The notes below the pieces were generated by a model. The model worked only from the letters and a program-made list of their open reading frames with translations. It was not told where the DNA came from and searched no databases. A stretch of 64,000 bases of DNA from the NCBI GenBank assembly GCA_963811105.1, contig CAWEPZ010000009.1, positions 288,001 to 352,000 of the forward strand. Reading direction: 5' to 3'. Numbering within the stretch: position 1 is the stretch's first letter; each line of letters starts with the position of its first letter. This stretch comes from Candidatus Bathyarchaeota archaeon. Its GTDB lineage: Archaea; Thermoproteota; Bathyarchaeia; Bathyarchaeales; Bathycorpusculaceae. Made by a program: the position numbers and the translations under genes. Below are positions 48,394 through 59,113 of the stretch, one piece after another.

Positions 48394-50997
48394 ATGAAAA
48401 TAGAAAAATTTAACAATCTAAAAACAACCACAACCGCAATCATTTTGATAATACTGATGGTTTCAACGGCTCTCGCAATGCAATCACCAGCAAAAGCACA
48501 ATTGAGTCCAGGTGGAGGAGGAACATCTATTACGCCTGATAATACTCAATGGAGTACGACAATACCTGCCGGAGTAACACCTTATACCCTAATTTATCCT
48601 AACGCGTACCTAAGCTTTTCGCCAAACCCAATAGGATTAAACCAAGTTTTGCTAGTAAACATGTGGCTTACATCGCCTTGTGCAGCAAACAGATATGGTG
48701 CAGGTTATACAGTAACAATCATAAAACCCGACGGAACCCAAGATGTAGTAGGTCCAATGCACTCATACGTAGCAGATGGAACAGCATGGTTCGAATACAC
48801 AGTAGACCAAGTTGGTACATGGCAACTGAAATTTGATTACCCAGGACAATATTATCCAGCGGGAATATACATTAATGGTATAGTTGACAATTCATCAAAA
48901 ACTGGAAATAACTATCCGTCAATGTACTATGAACCTTGTACAACTGGATGGCAAAATCTAACAGTGCAACAAGCCCCCATAATGTCATGGTATTCAACGC
49001 TTCCAACAGACTACTGGACACGACCCATAAACGTTAACAACAGAGAATGGGCAACAATCTCAGGAAACTATCCATGGATAGGAGTAAGTATGGGGGCATC
49101 CATGAATGGTGCGGCAAGATATTTAGGTCCTTATACAACTGCATCCAATAGTGCACATATATTATGGACGCAACAACAAGGCTTCCCAGCAGGCATAATC
49201 GGCGGTGAAGCAGGAAACTACGCTAATACAGCTCGACCAGCAACTCCAAGCGTAATCTTTGAAGGAAGATGTTACGCAACTCAAACAGTCCAATGGTACA
49301 ATGGCTCATACCTAAGCTGCGCAGTTTGCTATGACTTGCAGACAGGAAAGATGTACTATCAGATTCCAACAGCAGCACCATACTATGGAATGACACCTAC
49401 ATTCATAAACTATCCAGTAGGTACTTCAGCATCAGTCCCGGGTGGCGACCAAACTAATACGGCAAGTTCACAACTTAGTCTATTGTCAGGCAGTCAATTA
49501 TACATAATTAACCCAATGACTGGAGCAATAACTTCTAACATAACTTGCATGTCAGGTCTATACCACAATGGTTGGGTCTTAAGCTCACAAAATCTTGGTA
49601 CTAGTGCAAATCCTAATTGGAGAATAATTAACTGGACAACCGGTGGAACAGGAACCTTTGCTTCAAGAGTAGTAAGCAATATTTCAAGTGAACTCAATGT
49701 GGCTCTATTAACTTCTAGTTTCATAACTACGGCGTATCCTTTGAGCCCTCTTGACACAACTAACACAACTCTGATGACGCAACCTTACTATAGTGTATAT
49801 CAAGCAGACTTAGATACTGGTATTTGCATTCTGCAAGGACGATTCACGAACGGGGATGTAAACGGCGGAATACTGAAAGCTTGGGACTTGACAACAGGGA
49901 AATTATTATGGACTGACCCATTAACTGTAACACCATTCAATTCTGGAACAAGTGTCGCTAATGACGGAGTATATTTCTGCGTTATGGAACAAGGAATAGT
50001 TCAAGGTTACGATGAATACACAGGCAAATTATTATGGACAACGAACACAACAGAAAACGGAGGATATCCATGGGGTGAATTTTGGGGATATGTACAGGCA
50101 TCAGCATACGGAATGTTCTACGGATGTAGTTATACTGGAATTTACGCCTTTAACGAGACAACAGGAGCAATAGTCTGGCATTTCGCGTCACCAGCCACAC
50201 CGTTTGAGCAACCTTATAACTACGGTAATGAAAGTGTCTATCCTTTCACTAGCAGTCCAATAGTCGCAGATGGAAAAATCTACATTGAAAACAATGAACA
50301 CAGTCCAACAGCACCATACGCGAGAGGATGGGGTTTCTATTGTGTTAACGCCACCACTGGTGACTTAATATGGAAAGTTGATAATTCTATGACCGCAGGT
50401 GCTATGTCAGACGGATATACAACAGCGGCAAACAGCTATGACGGAACTATGTATGTTTTCGGCAAAGGTCAAAGTGCCACAACAGTTTCAGCACCTCAGA
50501 CCCAAATAACAGCTGGGCAAAATGTCGTAATATCGGGTACAGTCTTAGACCAATCATCAGCACAACCAGGAACGCCATGTCTTTCAGATTCTTCAATGGG
50601 TCAATGGATGAGTTACCTACATCTTCAGTCACAAATACCAAGCAACGCTATTGGAGTTCCAATTTCAATAGATGCAATTGACCCTAACGGAAACCCACAA
50701 CACCTTGGAGACACAACAAGTGACATTAGCGGAACATTCGCATACACATGGACACCAAACTTAGCAGGCAATTGGCAGATTACAACAACTTTCATGGGTA
50801 GCAACTCTTACGGTAGTTCATGGGCAGAGGCACATGCAAACGTAGTTGATGCACCAACAACATCAACACCAACAACGACTACAATAAGTATAGGACAGAC
50901 TACAACTGACGCACTTATGATGTACATTGTCGCTGGAGTAATCGCCATAATCATTGCAATCGCAATAGTCGGTTTATTGCTACTTAAGAAAAAATAA
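48394..50997 (+). CDS. PQQ-like beta-propeller surface protein (paralog)
   Basis: Same architecture as 37381 and 40205. Confidence 0.88.
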   Translation: MKIEKFNNLKTTTTAIILIILMVSTALAMQSPAKAQLSPGGGGTSITPDNTQWSTTIPAGVTPYTLIYPNAYLSFSPNPIGLNQVLLVNMWLTSPCAANRYGAGYTVTIIKPDGTQDVVGPMHSYVADGTAWFEYTVDQVGTWQLKFDYPGQYYPAGIYINGIVDNSSKTGNNYPSMYYEPCTTGWQNLTVQQAPIMSWYSTLPTDYWTRPINVNNREWATISGNYPWIGVSMGASMNGAARYLGPYTTASNSAHILWTQQQGFPAGIIGGEAGNYANTARPATPSVIFEGRCYATQTVQWYNGSYLSCAVCYDLQTGKMYYQIPTAAPYYGMTPTFINYPVGTSASVPGGDQTNTASSQLSLLSGSQLYIINPMTGAITSNITCMSGLYHNGWVLSSQNLGTSANPNWRIINWTTGGTGTFASRVVSNISSELNVALLTSSFITTAYPLSPLDTTNTTLMTQPYYSVYQADLDTGICILQGRFTNGDVNGGILKAWDLTTGKLLWTDPLTVTPFNSGTSVANDGVYFCVMEQGIVQGYDEYTGKLLWTTNTTENGGYPWGEFWGYVQASAYGMFYGCSYTGIYAFNETTGAIVWHFASPATPFEQPYNYGNESVYPFTSSPIVADGKIYIENNEHSPTAPYARGWGFYCVNATTGDLIWKVDNSMTAGAMSDGYTTAANSYDGTMYVFGKGQSATTVSAPQTQITAGQNVVISGTVLDQSSAQPGTPCLSDSSMGQWMSYLHLQSQIPSNAIGVPISIDAIDPNGNPQHLGDTTSDISGTFAYTWTPNLAGNWQITTTFMGSNSYGSSWAEAHANVVDAPTTSTPTTTTISIGQTTTDALMMYIVAGVIAIIIAIAIVGLLLLKKK

Positions 50998-51343
50998 AAG
51001 CAAAACAAGAAACCACACAAACCTTTTCTTTTTTTGCTCGCTTTCTCGCCTGTTGTTGGTTAACATTTTCAGTGTCTAATTTTTTTAGAGCTTAAAAAAG
51101 GTTTGAGGCATTCGATTGCTTTAAACTTCAAATATCGAATCTCCCGTAAGAGATGCTTATGGCAACTTACAGAGAGATTTAAGGTTATGTTGAAAGCACG
51201 TATGGTTTTGTACCGCATACTTGTTGGATTGCTGAAGTCAAAGAACTCTGCCTTATTCCCCATCTACGAGTGGCGCCTAACCGGTTAGGCAAAGAAAGAG
51301 ACAATCACAATCGCTGCCACAAAGCAAAAAGATTGATACCCAC

Positions 51344-51666
51344 CGAACTAGCTTTTGCATCCTCAAAAAGCGACTATCTATCACGCACGATAATCCAAGG
51401 TTCAAACAAATTCATCTTCACACCTTCCGACACTGCTTTGCAACTGAAAAACTAAGACATACTAAAATGTTAACTCATGTCCAACATCTGCTATGACACA
51501 AATCCATAGTAAACATCGAACGCTACATTCACCTTGTTAATTACGACGGAGAAAAAATCGTCTCCTCAGTGGTTCAAACACTTGAAGAAGTAGGCAACTT
51601 GCGGAAGAAGGGCTGGACCTATTTTCAAAATATAGCGACATAAAAATCTTCAGGAAGCCTAAGTAA
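51344..51666 (+). pseudogene. Relic of a tyrosine recombinase C-terminus
   Basis: NPRFKQIHLHTFRHCFAT...HVQHLL*HKSIVNIERYIHL...IFRKPK*; HxxR, LGH(stop) and catalytic Tyr positions are recognisable. Confidence 0.8.
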
Positions 51667-51697
51667 TTAGAAATCTTAAACGTTACTAGCTGTAGTT

Positions 51698-52891
51698 TTA
51701 TGGAACTGTTTGGTTCCAGTAAAACACTCTTGTATAATTGCCCAAGGTTGCCGCAGTCACGTTTGGTTCATCATAAATGATGTTTAAGTGGGTGCCGTAC
51801 CGGGAAATCAGGGTGTTTGTGTCATTCCAGATTTTTGCAGATAACTCGTTAGCTGGAGGTTTGTCAGATGCGAACAAGCCCCAGATGTTATCGTTTTCGC
51901 TGCGAAAGCCAAACCCGTAATCTTTCGGTACAACGTACGCCACTTCCGCCTTGTTTGAGGGAAAGCTGCTTGGAGAATTGTGGATGTTACTCCAGAAATT
52001 CTGAAGAGCTTTAAAATGGTCCTGGGTTAATGTGCCAAAGTTAGAGCCAGTAACGTTGGGGTAGCTGAAGACGACAGCGTATTTAGCGCCTGCACTGTAA
52101 GCCTGTGAGAGGTCATTGAACAATTCATTTCCAGACTCGAGATACAACGTTGTTGGCGGATTATATTTCCAGTTGATTATGACCCCCCAGTCCTTGCCAA
52201 ACGATTCAGCGGCACCTCTGTTTAAGGCGATAATTCGTTCTCTGCTCTGGTTCCCCACAAACTCGCCTAAAACGGTCGTGTAGTTGCATTTGTAGTCAAA
52301 CCAGTAAAGTCCATAGTCTGCCGTGACCGCTCTTTGCACACCATGAGCAAGATAATAGTTAATAATAATTGAAAGGCTGCTAATATAATCCGTAGATGAC
52401 TGCTCGTAGCTGGTAACGTTTTTTACAAGCTGGAATGCTCCGCTGTCAAGCTGGTTTCCGCCAGGTTCGTCAAAACGGTAAATGCCCAGCAGTTTGTCAC
52501 CGTATTTTTGAGATGCATTGCCCATCCAATCAAAAATTGAGTTGCTTACGGGATAACCGTTTGAAGCATTGTACATTCTGCTGTCAGTAATCAAAACAAT
52601 GAAATGTAGTCCCGTTTGATTTATGTAGTCAACCGACTGGTCTAATGCTGTGCGGTTAAATGTTAAGCCAGGCGAGCCGAGTACGAAAAGGTTAGTGTAA
52701 TCTTTAACCTTGTCAATCAAAGACTTCACAAGGCTAAATGAGGTGCCGTAGGCAAATTCGACGCCAACATAAAACTCTCTTTTTGAAGTTGGCTTGCTTA
52801 AAATGTTAGCTGAAAGAAAAAGCGTTACCGAAACTAATGTAATAAGCAGGATTGCGATTGCTATGGCGTATTTGCGTTTCAAATTGCTCAA
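51698..52891 (-). CDS. Membrane-anchored extracellular protein of unknown function
   Basis: N-terminal TM; aromatic-rich body with DEPGG, DYGLYWFDY and many NxS/T sequons. Confidence 0.8.
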   Translation of the reverse strand: MSNLKRKYAIAIAILLITLVSVTLFLSANILSKPTSKREFYVGVEFAYGTSFSLVKSLIDKVKDYTNLFVLGSPGLTFNRTALDQSVDYINQTGLHFIVLITDSRMYNASNGYPVSNSIFDWMGNASQKYGDKLLGIYRFDEPGGNQLDSGAFQLVKNVTSYEQSSTDYISSLSIIINYYLAHGVQRAVTADYGLYWFDYKCNYTTVLGEFVGNQSRERIIALNRGAAESFGKDWGVIINWKYNPPTTLYLESGNELFNDLSQAYSAGAKYAVVFSYPNVTGSNFGTLTQDHFKALQNFWSNIHNSPSSFPSNKAEVAYVVPKDYGFGFRSENDNIWGLFASDKPPANELSAKIWNDTNTLISRYGTHLNIIYDEPNVTAATLGNYTRVFYWNQTVP

Positions 52892-52966
52892 CTAATTGCT
52901 AAGATAATCAGTAGGTTACAGTATTTAACATTTGAAGTTGACGCGTTTTAGAACTGAAATCAATTT

Positions 52967-53407
52967 TTACCTGCTGTATAGTCCTATCAATTCGCCTTTA
53001 GCTAATATATGACCTTGCATTGCTTTTTCAACATCTTTCTTTTTTGAGCTGATGCCCAAATTAAGCTCTGTGTCTAAAGCATAGACTTTAAAAAAATAAC
53101 GATGCGTACCTGAAGGTGGACAGGGACCCATGTAGCCTTGTTGTCTTGCACCATTCATTCCCTCTATTCCTGGAACCTTGTCCTCACCTATTTGATTGGT
53201 TGATGCGGGAATATTCCAGACAACCCAATGGTCAAAGGTGCCGCTTGGCGCATCAGGATCATCCATAATAAGAGCAAGGGTTTTTGCTTCTTTAGGTATG
53301 CCTTCTATGCTGAGCGGTGGATTGATGTCTTTTCCATCGCAACTGTATTTTTTAGGAATCGGCTTGTTGGGTTCAAACACTGAACTCTTTACTGTTAATT
53401 CCTTCAT
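52967..53407 (-). CDS. YbhB/YbcL (PEBP/Raf kinase inhibitor-like) protein
   Basis: DDPDAP.G.F.HW and GY.GPCPP.G.HRY.F..YALD motifs. Confidence 0.95.
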   Translation of the reverse strand: MKELTVKSSVFEPNKPIPKKYSCDGKDINPPLSIEGIPKEAKTLALIMDDPDAPSGTFDHWVVWNIPASTNQIGEDKVPGIEGMNGARQQGYMGPCPPSGTHRYFFKVYALDTELNLGISSKKKDVEKAMQGHILAKGELIGLYSR

Positions 53408-53496
53408 AAAAATGCCCTAAATGAGAAATATCGGTTCTGTTAGATAAAACTTACCGAATCTGAAGTTAGGATTTTTTTTCTTTCGCTTCTCAATTA

Positions 53497-53649
53497 CTAT
53501 CTTGCCGTCTTAGTGGGAAAGCTCACTTTAACAGGCGTTGAATTGCTGCATTTTAGTGGAAATATGCTGTCATTGACCGCGCAGACTGGCGGATAAAGCA
53601 GGTAGCTGCCATTTTTTTGCCTAAATATTGTTTTCCCCCTCATTCCCAC
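53497..53649 (-). pseudogene. Small degenerate gene, possibly AbrB-like swapped-hairpin
   Basis: MGMRGKTIFRQKNGSYLLYPPV...DSIFPLK...PVKVSF, with DGKIVIEK continuing in another frame. Confidence 0.4.
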
Positions 53650-53741
53650 ATCAATTACGCAACCGAGTTAACGTTATCTCGTTATAAGCTTTTAAATTTG
53701 ATTATAAAAACTGAAAAATAAGGCGCATGGAGGGGATGCGT

Positions 53742-55412
53742 TTAGATTTCTGCCTTTCGCAAAAGCTCTTTTGCACTGTTAATATTAATTTTGTAGAAGA
53801 CTGCGGAAATAGCTATCGAAATCGCGGCACTTATGGAAACGCCAATCGTGTAGTTAAAGGTACTCACGGACGTGCCATATAATAACGCTAAACCGTATTG
53901 AATAAACACCGGTGCAAAAACCACAGCGCCAACAATAATGCCGACAATAGACCCTATCAGTGACCATTCCTGTCGAATCATTCTCTGCCTTCGAGTCCCG
54001 GAAAAGTCAGGGCCTTTAAAACCGATTTGAAGCGAAACCGATGCCACGGCGACAGCCATAAAAAAGGATTCTATCAAAGCTACGATTGCTTTTTTCAGGG
54101 TTGGCTGGAAGACTATAATGCCTATGAATCCACTTGCCAATAAAACAATAACTGAGAAGATGATGGTTAAGAAAAATTTGCTTTTAACCAAGTTCTTGCC
54201 TGAAATTGGTGAAGCGTAAATTCGCCAGACCGCTTGACCTTCCTCACCTATCGAAATCTGTCCTAGCAGCATCGCCATGCCACTAGCAGGCACCAGAAAA
54301 ATTACGCCAGGCCAAATTGAGAAAGTTGAGGATGCTGCTGCTCCATTGTTACCGAAACCAAATGAATAGAAAATCGAAATTATTACTATGATAATAGGGA
54401 AAAAGTAAACCCCTATTAACTCACGACGCCTAGTAAACGCCCTTAAATCCTTTCGAATCAAAGCTGCTTCAACGCTGGAAAAGCCGAGTTTGCCTAAAAT
54501 CCCGGTTTTCGGCGTATAGACGCCGCTTTTCTGCAACGTTATTGCGGGGGGCTCATAGAGTCCGAATCGCTTGTTTAATTCGACGGCAAGGAAGTACAAG
54601 GCGGCAATTAGAAGAGCCGACAAAGCTATGAATAGGAGGCTCTGCAAAAAGAAACCTTTGGCAATATATGCGATTATGAGGGCGGGCCAAACAAAGGGCA
54701 CGTACCACGCTTCATTTTGGATGGCGGATAAGCTTGTAATGAAAGTGCTTGTTCCAGAAATTACTGAGAAATAGATGATGTAGAATATTACGATGATTAC
54801 TAACGAGCCTATAAGTCGCAACCATATGGCTGCTCTTCCGCTTGATTTGTAGACGGCGCCTGTAAAACGTACCTGTAAAACTCTTAGGCTTTCCGTTATC
54901 GAACTAGCAAAGAAAGCTGTGGCAAACAGTATGACTATTGTTAAAAGTGCTTGGAGAATTAATCCGTTGAACGCTGAAAAGACAATCAGCCCAGAGCTTA
55001 ATCCTACAACAACTGCTGCTGGCCATCCTAGCAAGTTAGCTAAGATTGATGCTAAAGTGTGCTCCTGCCAGGTTATTGGCAGCCAATACATCGGTTGACT
55101 TGATGCTTTTCCAGCCAACTGTATTTGCTGGAGTAAAGTAAAGACTATGCTGATACCCAAAACAAAAGTCGGCAATACAGAGAAGAAACCGACTGCTTCA
55201 GCGGGCTGTAATCCATTTGCTGTTCCTGAAAAAACAAGAGATACAACATAATTTGCCAAAAAACCGCTCAGTACACCAAGTATCGCTGCAACCCAGTAAG
55301 GCCAATACGCAATGAAACTATTTTCTTTGTACCTTGTGGCTTTTATTCCCCTGATCAGCCTGCCAGACTTACGTTCAATCCGAAACAGGTAGAGGACATT
55401 TCTCCAGTTCAT
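53742..55412 (-). CDS. ABC exporter permease (large, duplicated TM domain)
   Basis: Many TM helices; LPI, KD.R...R, E......SPI and K..VKSK motifs; overlaps the ATPase gene. Confidence 0.85.
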   Translation of the reverse strand: MNWRNVLYLFRIERKSGRLIRGIKATRYKENSFIAYWPYWVAAILGVLSGFLANYVVSLVFSGTANGLQPAEAVGFFSVLPTFVLGISIVFTLLQQIQLAGKASSQPMYWLPITWQEHTLASILANLLGWPAAVVVGLSSGLIVFSAFNGLILQALLTIVILFATAFFASSITESLRVLQVRFTGAVYKSSGRAAIWLRLIGSLVIIVIFYIIYFSVISGTSTFITSLSAIQNEAWYVPFVWPALIIAYIAKGFFLQSLLFIALSALLIAALYFLAVELNKRFGLYEPPAITLQKSGVYTPKTGILGKLGFSSVEAALIRKDLRAFTRRRELIGVYFFPIIIVIISIFYSFGFGNNGAAASSTFSIWPGVIFLVPASGMAMLLGQISIGEEGQAVWRIYASPISGKNLVKSKFFLTIIFSVIVLLASGFIGIIVFQPTLKKAIVALIESFFMAVAVASVSLQIGFKGPDFSGTRRQRMIRQEWSLIGSIVGIIVGAVVFAPVFIQYGLALLYGTSVSTFNYTIGVSISAAISIAISAVFYKININSAKELLRKAEI

Positions 55413-56182
55413 TTCATGAGTTCCTCAACAATAGCTCTTAAATCTTCAGTACCAGTCAATTTGAGGAAAACATCTTCTAACCCTGAGCCTGGCATGCGAG
55501 CTGTTTTTCTTAAGTCATCCATGTTGCCTAACGCCAAAATTTGCCCTTGATACATAATGCCTATTCGGTCGCATATTGCCTCGGCTATTTCAAGCACATG
55601 AGTGGACATTATGGTAGTTACTCCTTGGCTTTTTAGTTCATGCAGATAATCCTTAACTATCCTTGCACTTCTTGGATCCAAAGCGTTGAGCGGTTCATCA
55701 AGAATCAAAAGTTTGGGCTTGTGCAGGAAAGCGGAAATTAAGCTAATTTTCTTTTTCATGCCATCCGAGTAACTGTTTATCATGTCGCCTTCGCGTCCTT
55801 CAAGTTGGAGAGCTTTGAGGTACTCGAGTATTCGCTGCTTCTTCTCAGCTGTAGGCACACCATAGATGTCCCCAATAAAATCCAGGTACTCAATTCCAGT
55901 TAAAAACTCGTAAATGTTAGGCGATTCAGGAACGTAACCGACCAGCCGCTTAACTTCAACAGGTTGTTTCTGAACATCTAACCCTAAAACACTAACTGAC
56001 CCAGCGGTAGGCTGAACCAAACCCATTAGCATTTTGAGAGTAGTTGATTTTCCTGAACCGTTAGGTCCCAAAAGACCAAAGATTTCGCCAGTGCTAATTG
56101 TTAAGCTAAAGTTGTTTACTGCTAATATTTCGTTGTAGCGTTTTGTTACATCTTTCAGTTCAACCGCGTTCGGAATGGACAT
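55409..56182 (-). CDS. ABC transporter ATP-binding protein
   Basis: GPNGSGKST, YSDGM, LILDEP and STH motifs. Confidence 0.95.
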   Translation of the reverse strand: MSIPNAVELKDVTKRYNEILAVNNFSLTISTGEIFGLLGPNGSGKSTTLKMLMGLVQPTAGSVSVLGLDVQKQPVEVKRLVGYVPESPNIYEFLTGIEYLDFIGDIYGVPTAEKKQRILEYLKALQLEGREGDMINSYSDGMKKKISLISAFLHKPKLLILDEPLNALDPRSARIVKDYLHELKSQGVTTIMSTHVLEIAEAICDRIGIMYQGQILALGNMDDLRKTARMPGSGLEDVFLKLTGTEDLRAIVEELMK

Positions 56183-56327
56183 GATAAGGGCGCCTCAGGA
56201 GCAAAATAGAAAAGCCTCGGTATTTAAGGCTAATGCGTGTCTCCCGCTCTAACTATAATTGTTGTGTATCTATGCAACGCCATTTTTTCAATCATAAAAA
56301 AGGAAATATTTTGTCTTTTGGAAGCGT

Positions 56328-56765
56328 TTATATGAAGTTGAGTTCGAAGTCTATTGGAACATCCTCGCCCCATGACTGTCGTATAGGACAAATCTTTTGC
56401 GCCTTTCCATAAACGGTGGTTGCTTTTTTGCGTTCACGGTCATTATCTGTTTGCAAGCTAACGTTCATGTTGAAATGTACGTTTGTGAAAATTAGTTTCT
56501 CCATACCTTCAATATTCATTTTAACAATGGCTTCTGTTTCTAAGCTTTTAAGTTCTAATTGGCTGTTTTTGGCAATCAGAAGATACAGGGTGTTTATGCA
56601 TGATGCTAAGGCGGCGGCGAAAATGTCTTCAGGCACACAGTACCCTTCTTTTCCTCCAAACATTGGCGGTGGGCTAACAGTAATGATTTCTTTTCCTTTC
56701 ACGGAAAGTTGACATTCCATTCCGCTTTTCCAAGTTGCAGTTCCTTCAAAATTTATTTCTGGCAT
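56328..56765 (-). CDS. OsmC family protein
   Basis: PP.FGG....PE..F..ALASC and CPI motifs; start at MPEINF. Confidence 0.88.
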   Translation of the reverse strand: MPEINFEGTATWKSGMECQLSVKGKEIITVSPPPMFGGKEGYCVPEDIFAAALASCINTLYLLIAKNSQLELKSLETEAIVKMNIEGMEKLIFTNVHFNMNVSLQTDNDRERKKATTVYGKAQKICPIRQSWGEDVPIDFELNFI

Positions 56766-56898
56766 AAAAATCACTAGATTAACGTAAAGGTAATTCTGGA
56801 AATTTAAGGTTGTGGACCCTTTTTCCTTTTTTGCCAATTTGGGTAAATAACCTTAAATCTTGCTCTTATTCCAATAGCTGAAAGAGAAACCAGAAAAA

Positions 56899-57888
56899 AT
56901 GCCGCATATTATTGAAACTCACCAATTAACAAAAGCCTACAATTCTCTTCAGGCAGTTGATAAACTAGATATAACTGTGGAGTCTGGCGAAATCTTTGGG
57001 CTCCTTGGACCCAACGGAGCGGGCAAAACCACAACCATATCAATGCTTTGCACAATTCTTAAGCCTACATCTGGTTCTGCAACAGTAAATGGCTTTGACA
57101 TTGTTAAAGAAGCAAACAAAGTGCGCAAGTCAATCGGCATCGTTTTTCAAGAGCCAAGCATCGATGATAGGTTAACAGGTAGAGAAAATCTTTACATGCA
57201 TGCCAACTTGTATGGGGTGCCTGCTTCGGAGCAGAGGGAACGCATAGATCGTATCCTTAAACTGGTTGAGCTTGAAGATAGGGCTAATGATTTGCTCCGT
57301 ACATATTCAGGTGGAATGAGGCGCAGACTAGAGTTGGGTCGGGGATTAATTCATTACCCGAAAGTGCTTTTTTTGGATGAGCCTACAGTTGGGTTGGATC
57401 CGCAAACAAGAGATCACATTTGGAAGTATATTCATGAGTTGAAAAAGGCTCAGGACATAACGGTAGTTTTAACTACTCATTATATGGATGAAGCAGATAG
57501 GCTGTCCGACCGCATAGCCATCATGGACCACGGCAAAATTGTGGTTTTAGATTCACCTCCAAAACTCAAGGAGACACTTGAAGGCGACGTAGTGGTCGTT
57601 AGGGCAAATAACATTGATGCTCTTTCTGAGCTCGTTACCAAATTCCTTGGGCTTGAAAAGAAGCAGATTGTTGACAGCGCCCTTGAAATCACCGTGCGAA
57701 ATGGCAAAGCTGTAATGCCCAGGATTATGGAGTTAGCGACCCAAAATAACATTTACGTTGAATCTTTGCTTTTGCGGGAGCCAAACTTGGAAGATGTTTT
57801 CCTGCATTATACCGGTAGGACGATTCGTGAAGATTCAGGCAAAGAGTTACATGGAATGTCTGCAATTCAGAGGAGAAAAATTCATTGA
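56899..57888 (+). CDS. ABC transporter ATP-binding protein (DrrA-like)
   Basis: GPNGAGKTT, YSGGMRRR, LFLDEPT.GLDP, TTHYMDEA and LEDVF motifs. Confidence 0.95.
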   Translation: MPHIIETHQLTKAYNSLQAVDKLDITVESGEIFGLLGPNGAGKTTTISMLCTILKPTSGSATVNGFDIVKEANKVRKSIGIVFQEPSIDDRLTGRENLYMHANLYGVPASEQRERIDRILKLVELEDRANDLLRTYSGGMRRRLELGRGLIHYPKVLFLDEPTVGLDPQTRDHIWKYIHELKKAQDITVVLTTHYMDEADRLSDRIAIMDHGKIVVLDSPPKLKETLEGDVVVVRANNIDALSELVTKFLGLEKKQIVDSALEITVRNGKAVMPRIMELATQNNIYVESLLLREPNLEDVFLHYTGRTIREDSGKELHGMSAIQRRKIH

Positions 57889-58658
57889 GTGAAATAAGAG
57901 GCTTCTACACTCTTTGGCTGCGTGAAATCAAGCGGTTCCTCAGGGACAGAATAAGAATTGTCAGCATGTTTATTCAGCCTCTACTTTGGCTTGTCATTTT
58001 TGGCGCTGGGTTTGGTTTACGATTCACAATTCCAGGCTTAACCTATCAACAGGTAATTTTTCCAGGGATAGTCGGCCAAACGTTGCTTTTTACAGCTATG
58101 TTTATGGGAATAAGTGTAATTTGGGACAAAGAATTCGGGTTTATGAAAGAAATTCTTGTTTCACCGATTTCGCGGCTTAGTATTTTTCTCGGGAAGATGG
58201 TTGGTGATAGCTCTTCCGCTTTTCTTCAAGGTATAATTGTCTTTGTTGTGGGTGTGGCATTGGGAATTCCGATTGACCCTGTATCTTTCCTTTATGCGCT
58301 TCCCATTATGATTTTGATAACTTTTGGTCTAGTTAGCATCGGATTAACCATAGCAAGTTTCATGGGCAATCTTGAAAGTTTCGGGGCCATCCAAACATTC
58401 ATCAACCTACCCCTATTCTTCTTAAGCGGCGCCTTGTTTCCACTTAAGGGACCTGGAATTAGCTTGCCCAGCTGGTTAACAACAGTTGCCGCGGGAAACC
58501 CATTAACGTATGGGGTTGACGCGCTTCGACATGTCATGTTTGGTCCAGTATGGAATTCGCTTGCAATTCAACCACTGTGGATTGACATTGGAATTGTTGC
58601 ATTATTTGATGGAATCATGATTGTGGTTGGCACTTGGGCTTTTACAAAAATGAAATAG
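57885..58658 (+). CDS. ABC-2 type permease
   Basis: DKEFGF.KE.LVSP and FLSGA.FP...P.W.....NPLTY.VD..R motifs. Confidence 0.93.
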   Translation: MSEIRGFYTLWLREIKRFLRDRIRIVSMFIQPLLWLVIFGAGFGLRFTIPGLTYQQVIFPGIVGQTLLFTAMFMGISVIWDKEFGFMKEILVSPISRLSIFLGKMVGDSSSAFLQGIIVFVVGVALGIPIDPVSFLYALPIMILITFGLVSIGLTIASFMGNLESFGAIQTFINLPLFFLSGALFPLKGPGISLPSWLTTVAAGNPLTYGVDALRHVMFGPVWNSLAIQPLWIDIGIVALFDGIMIVVGTWAFTKMK

Positions 58659-58742
58659 ATAGAATAACCTCTGTAGAAGCTGTTGGTTTCACGGGAATTT
58701 GTTATTTTTCAAAATTGGAAAAAGAAACTGAGAAAAGACTGT

Positions 58743-59030
58743 TTATTGCTTGTTGGTCATTTCGTTGATTTGCTGTTCCATTGCGTGTCCACGGCAGTAA
58801 ACTACTGCTTTTGTTACGCCTGGAACAGATTTTGCTGCGGCTTTGATGTCTGCAGCGAGCTTAAATGCTATTGGGCAGAATGGGCTTGTTGGAACGAATT
58901 CAACTGTGAATTCGCCTGGCGCTGTTTCTTTGACGCTTTGAATCATTTGCATTTCGGCGAAGCTTTGTCCTGTTTCGGGGTCTTGTACTTTGCCTACTTC
59001 TTCGCGTACTTTATTTTCTAAGTCACTCAT
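58743..59030 (-). CDS. DUF59/FeS assembly (SufT/MIP18-like) protein
   Basis: V.DPE and PTSPFCP motifs; start at MSDLE with GAGG upstream. Confidence 0.88.
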   Translation of the reverse strand: MSDLENKVREEVGKVQDPETGQSFAEMQMIQSVKETAPGEFTVEFVPTSPFCPIAFKLAADIKAAAKSVPGVTKAVVYCRGHAMEQQINEMTNKQ

Positions 59031-59113
59031 TTTTTTAACCTCTCGGTTTTCTAAAAAGAAATATGAAAGCCACAACATATAAACTGATTGTTCAAGCGTA
59101 ATTCAAAGTAAGG

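Noticed and set aside
37381-50997. Diversity-generating retroelement acting on the propeller C-termini, with the 45774 fragment as template
   Set aside because: No reverse transcriptase in the window; differences between copies are scattered, largely synonymous and not adenine-specific.
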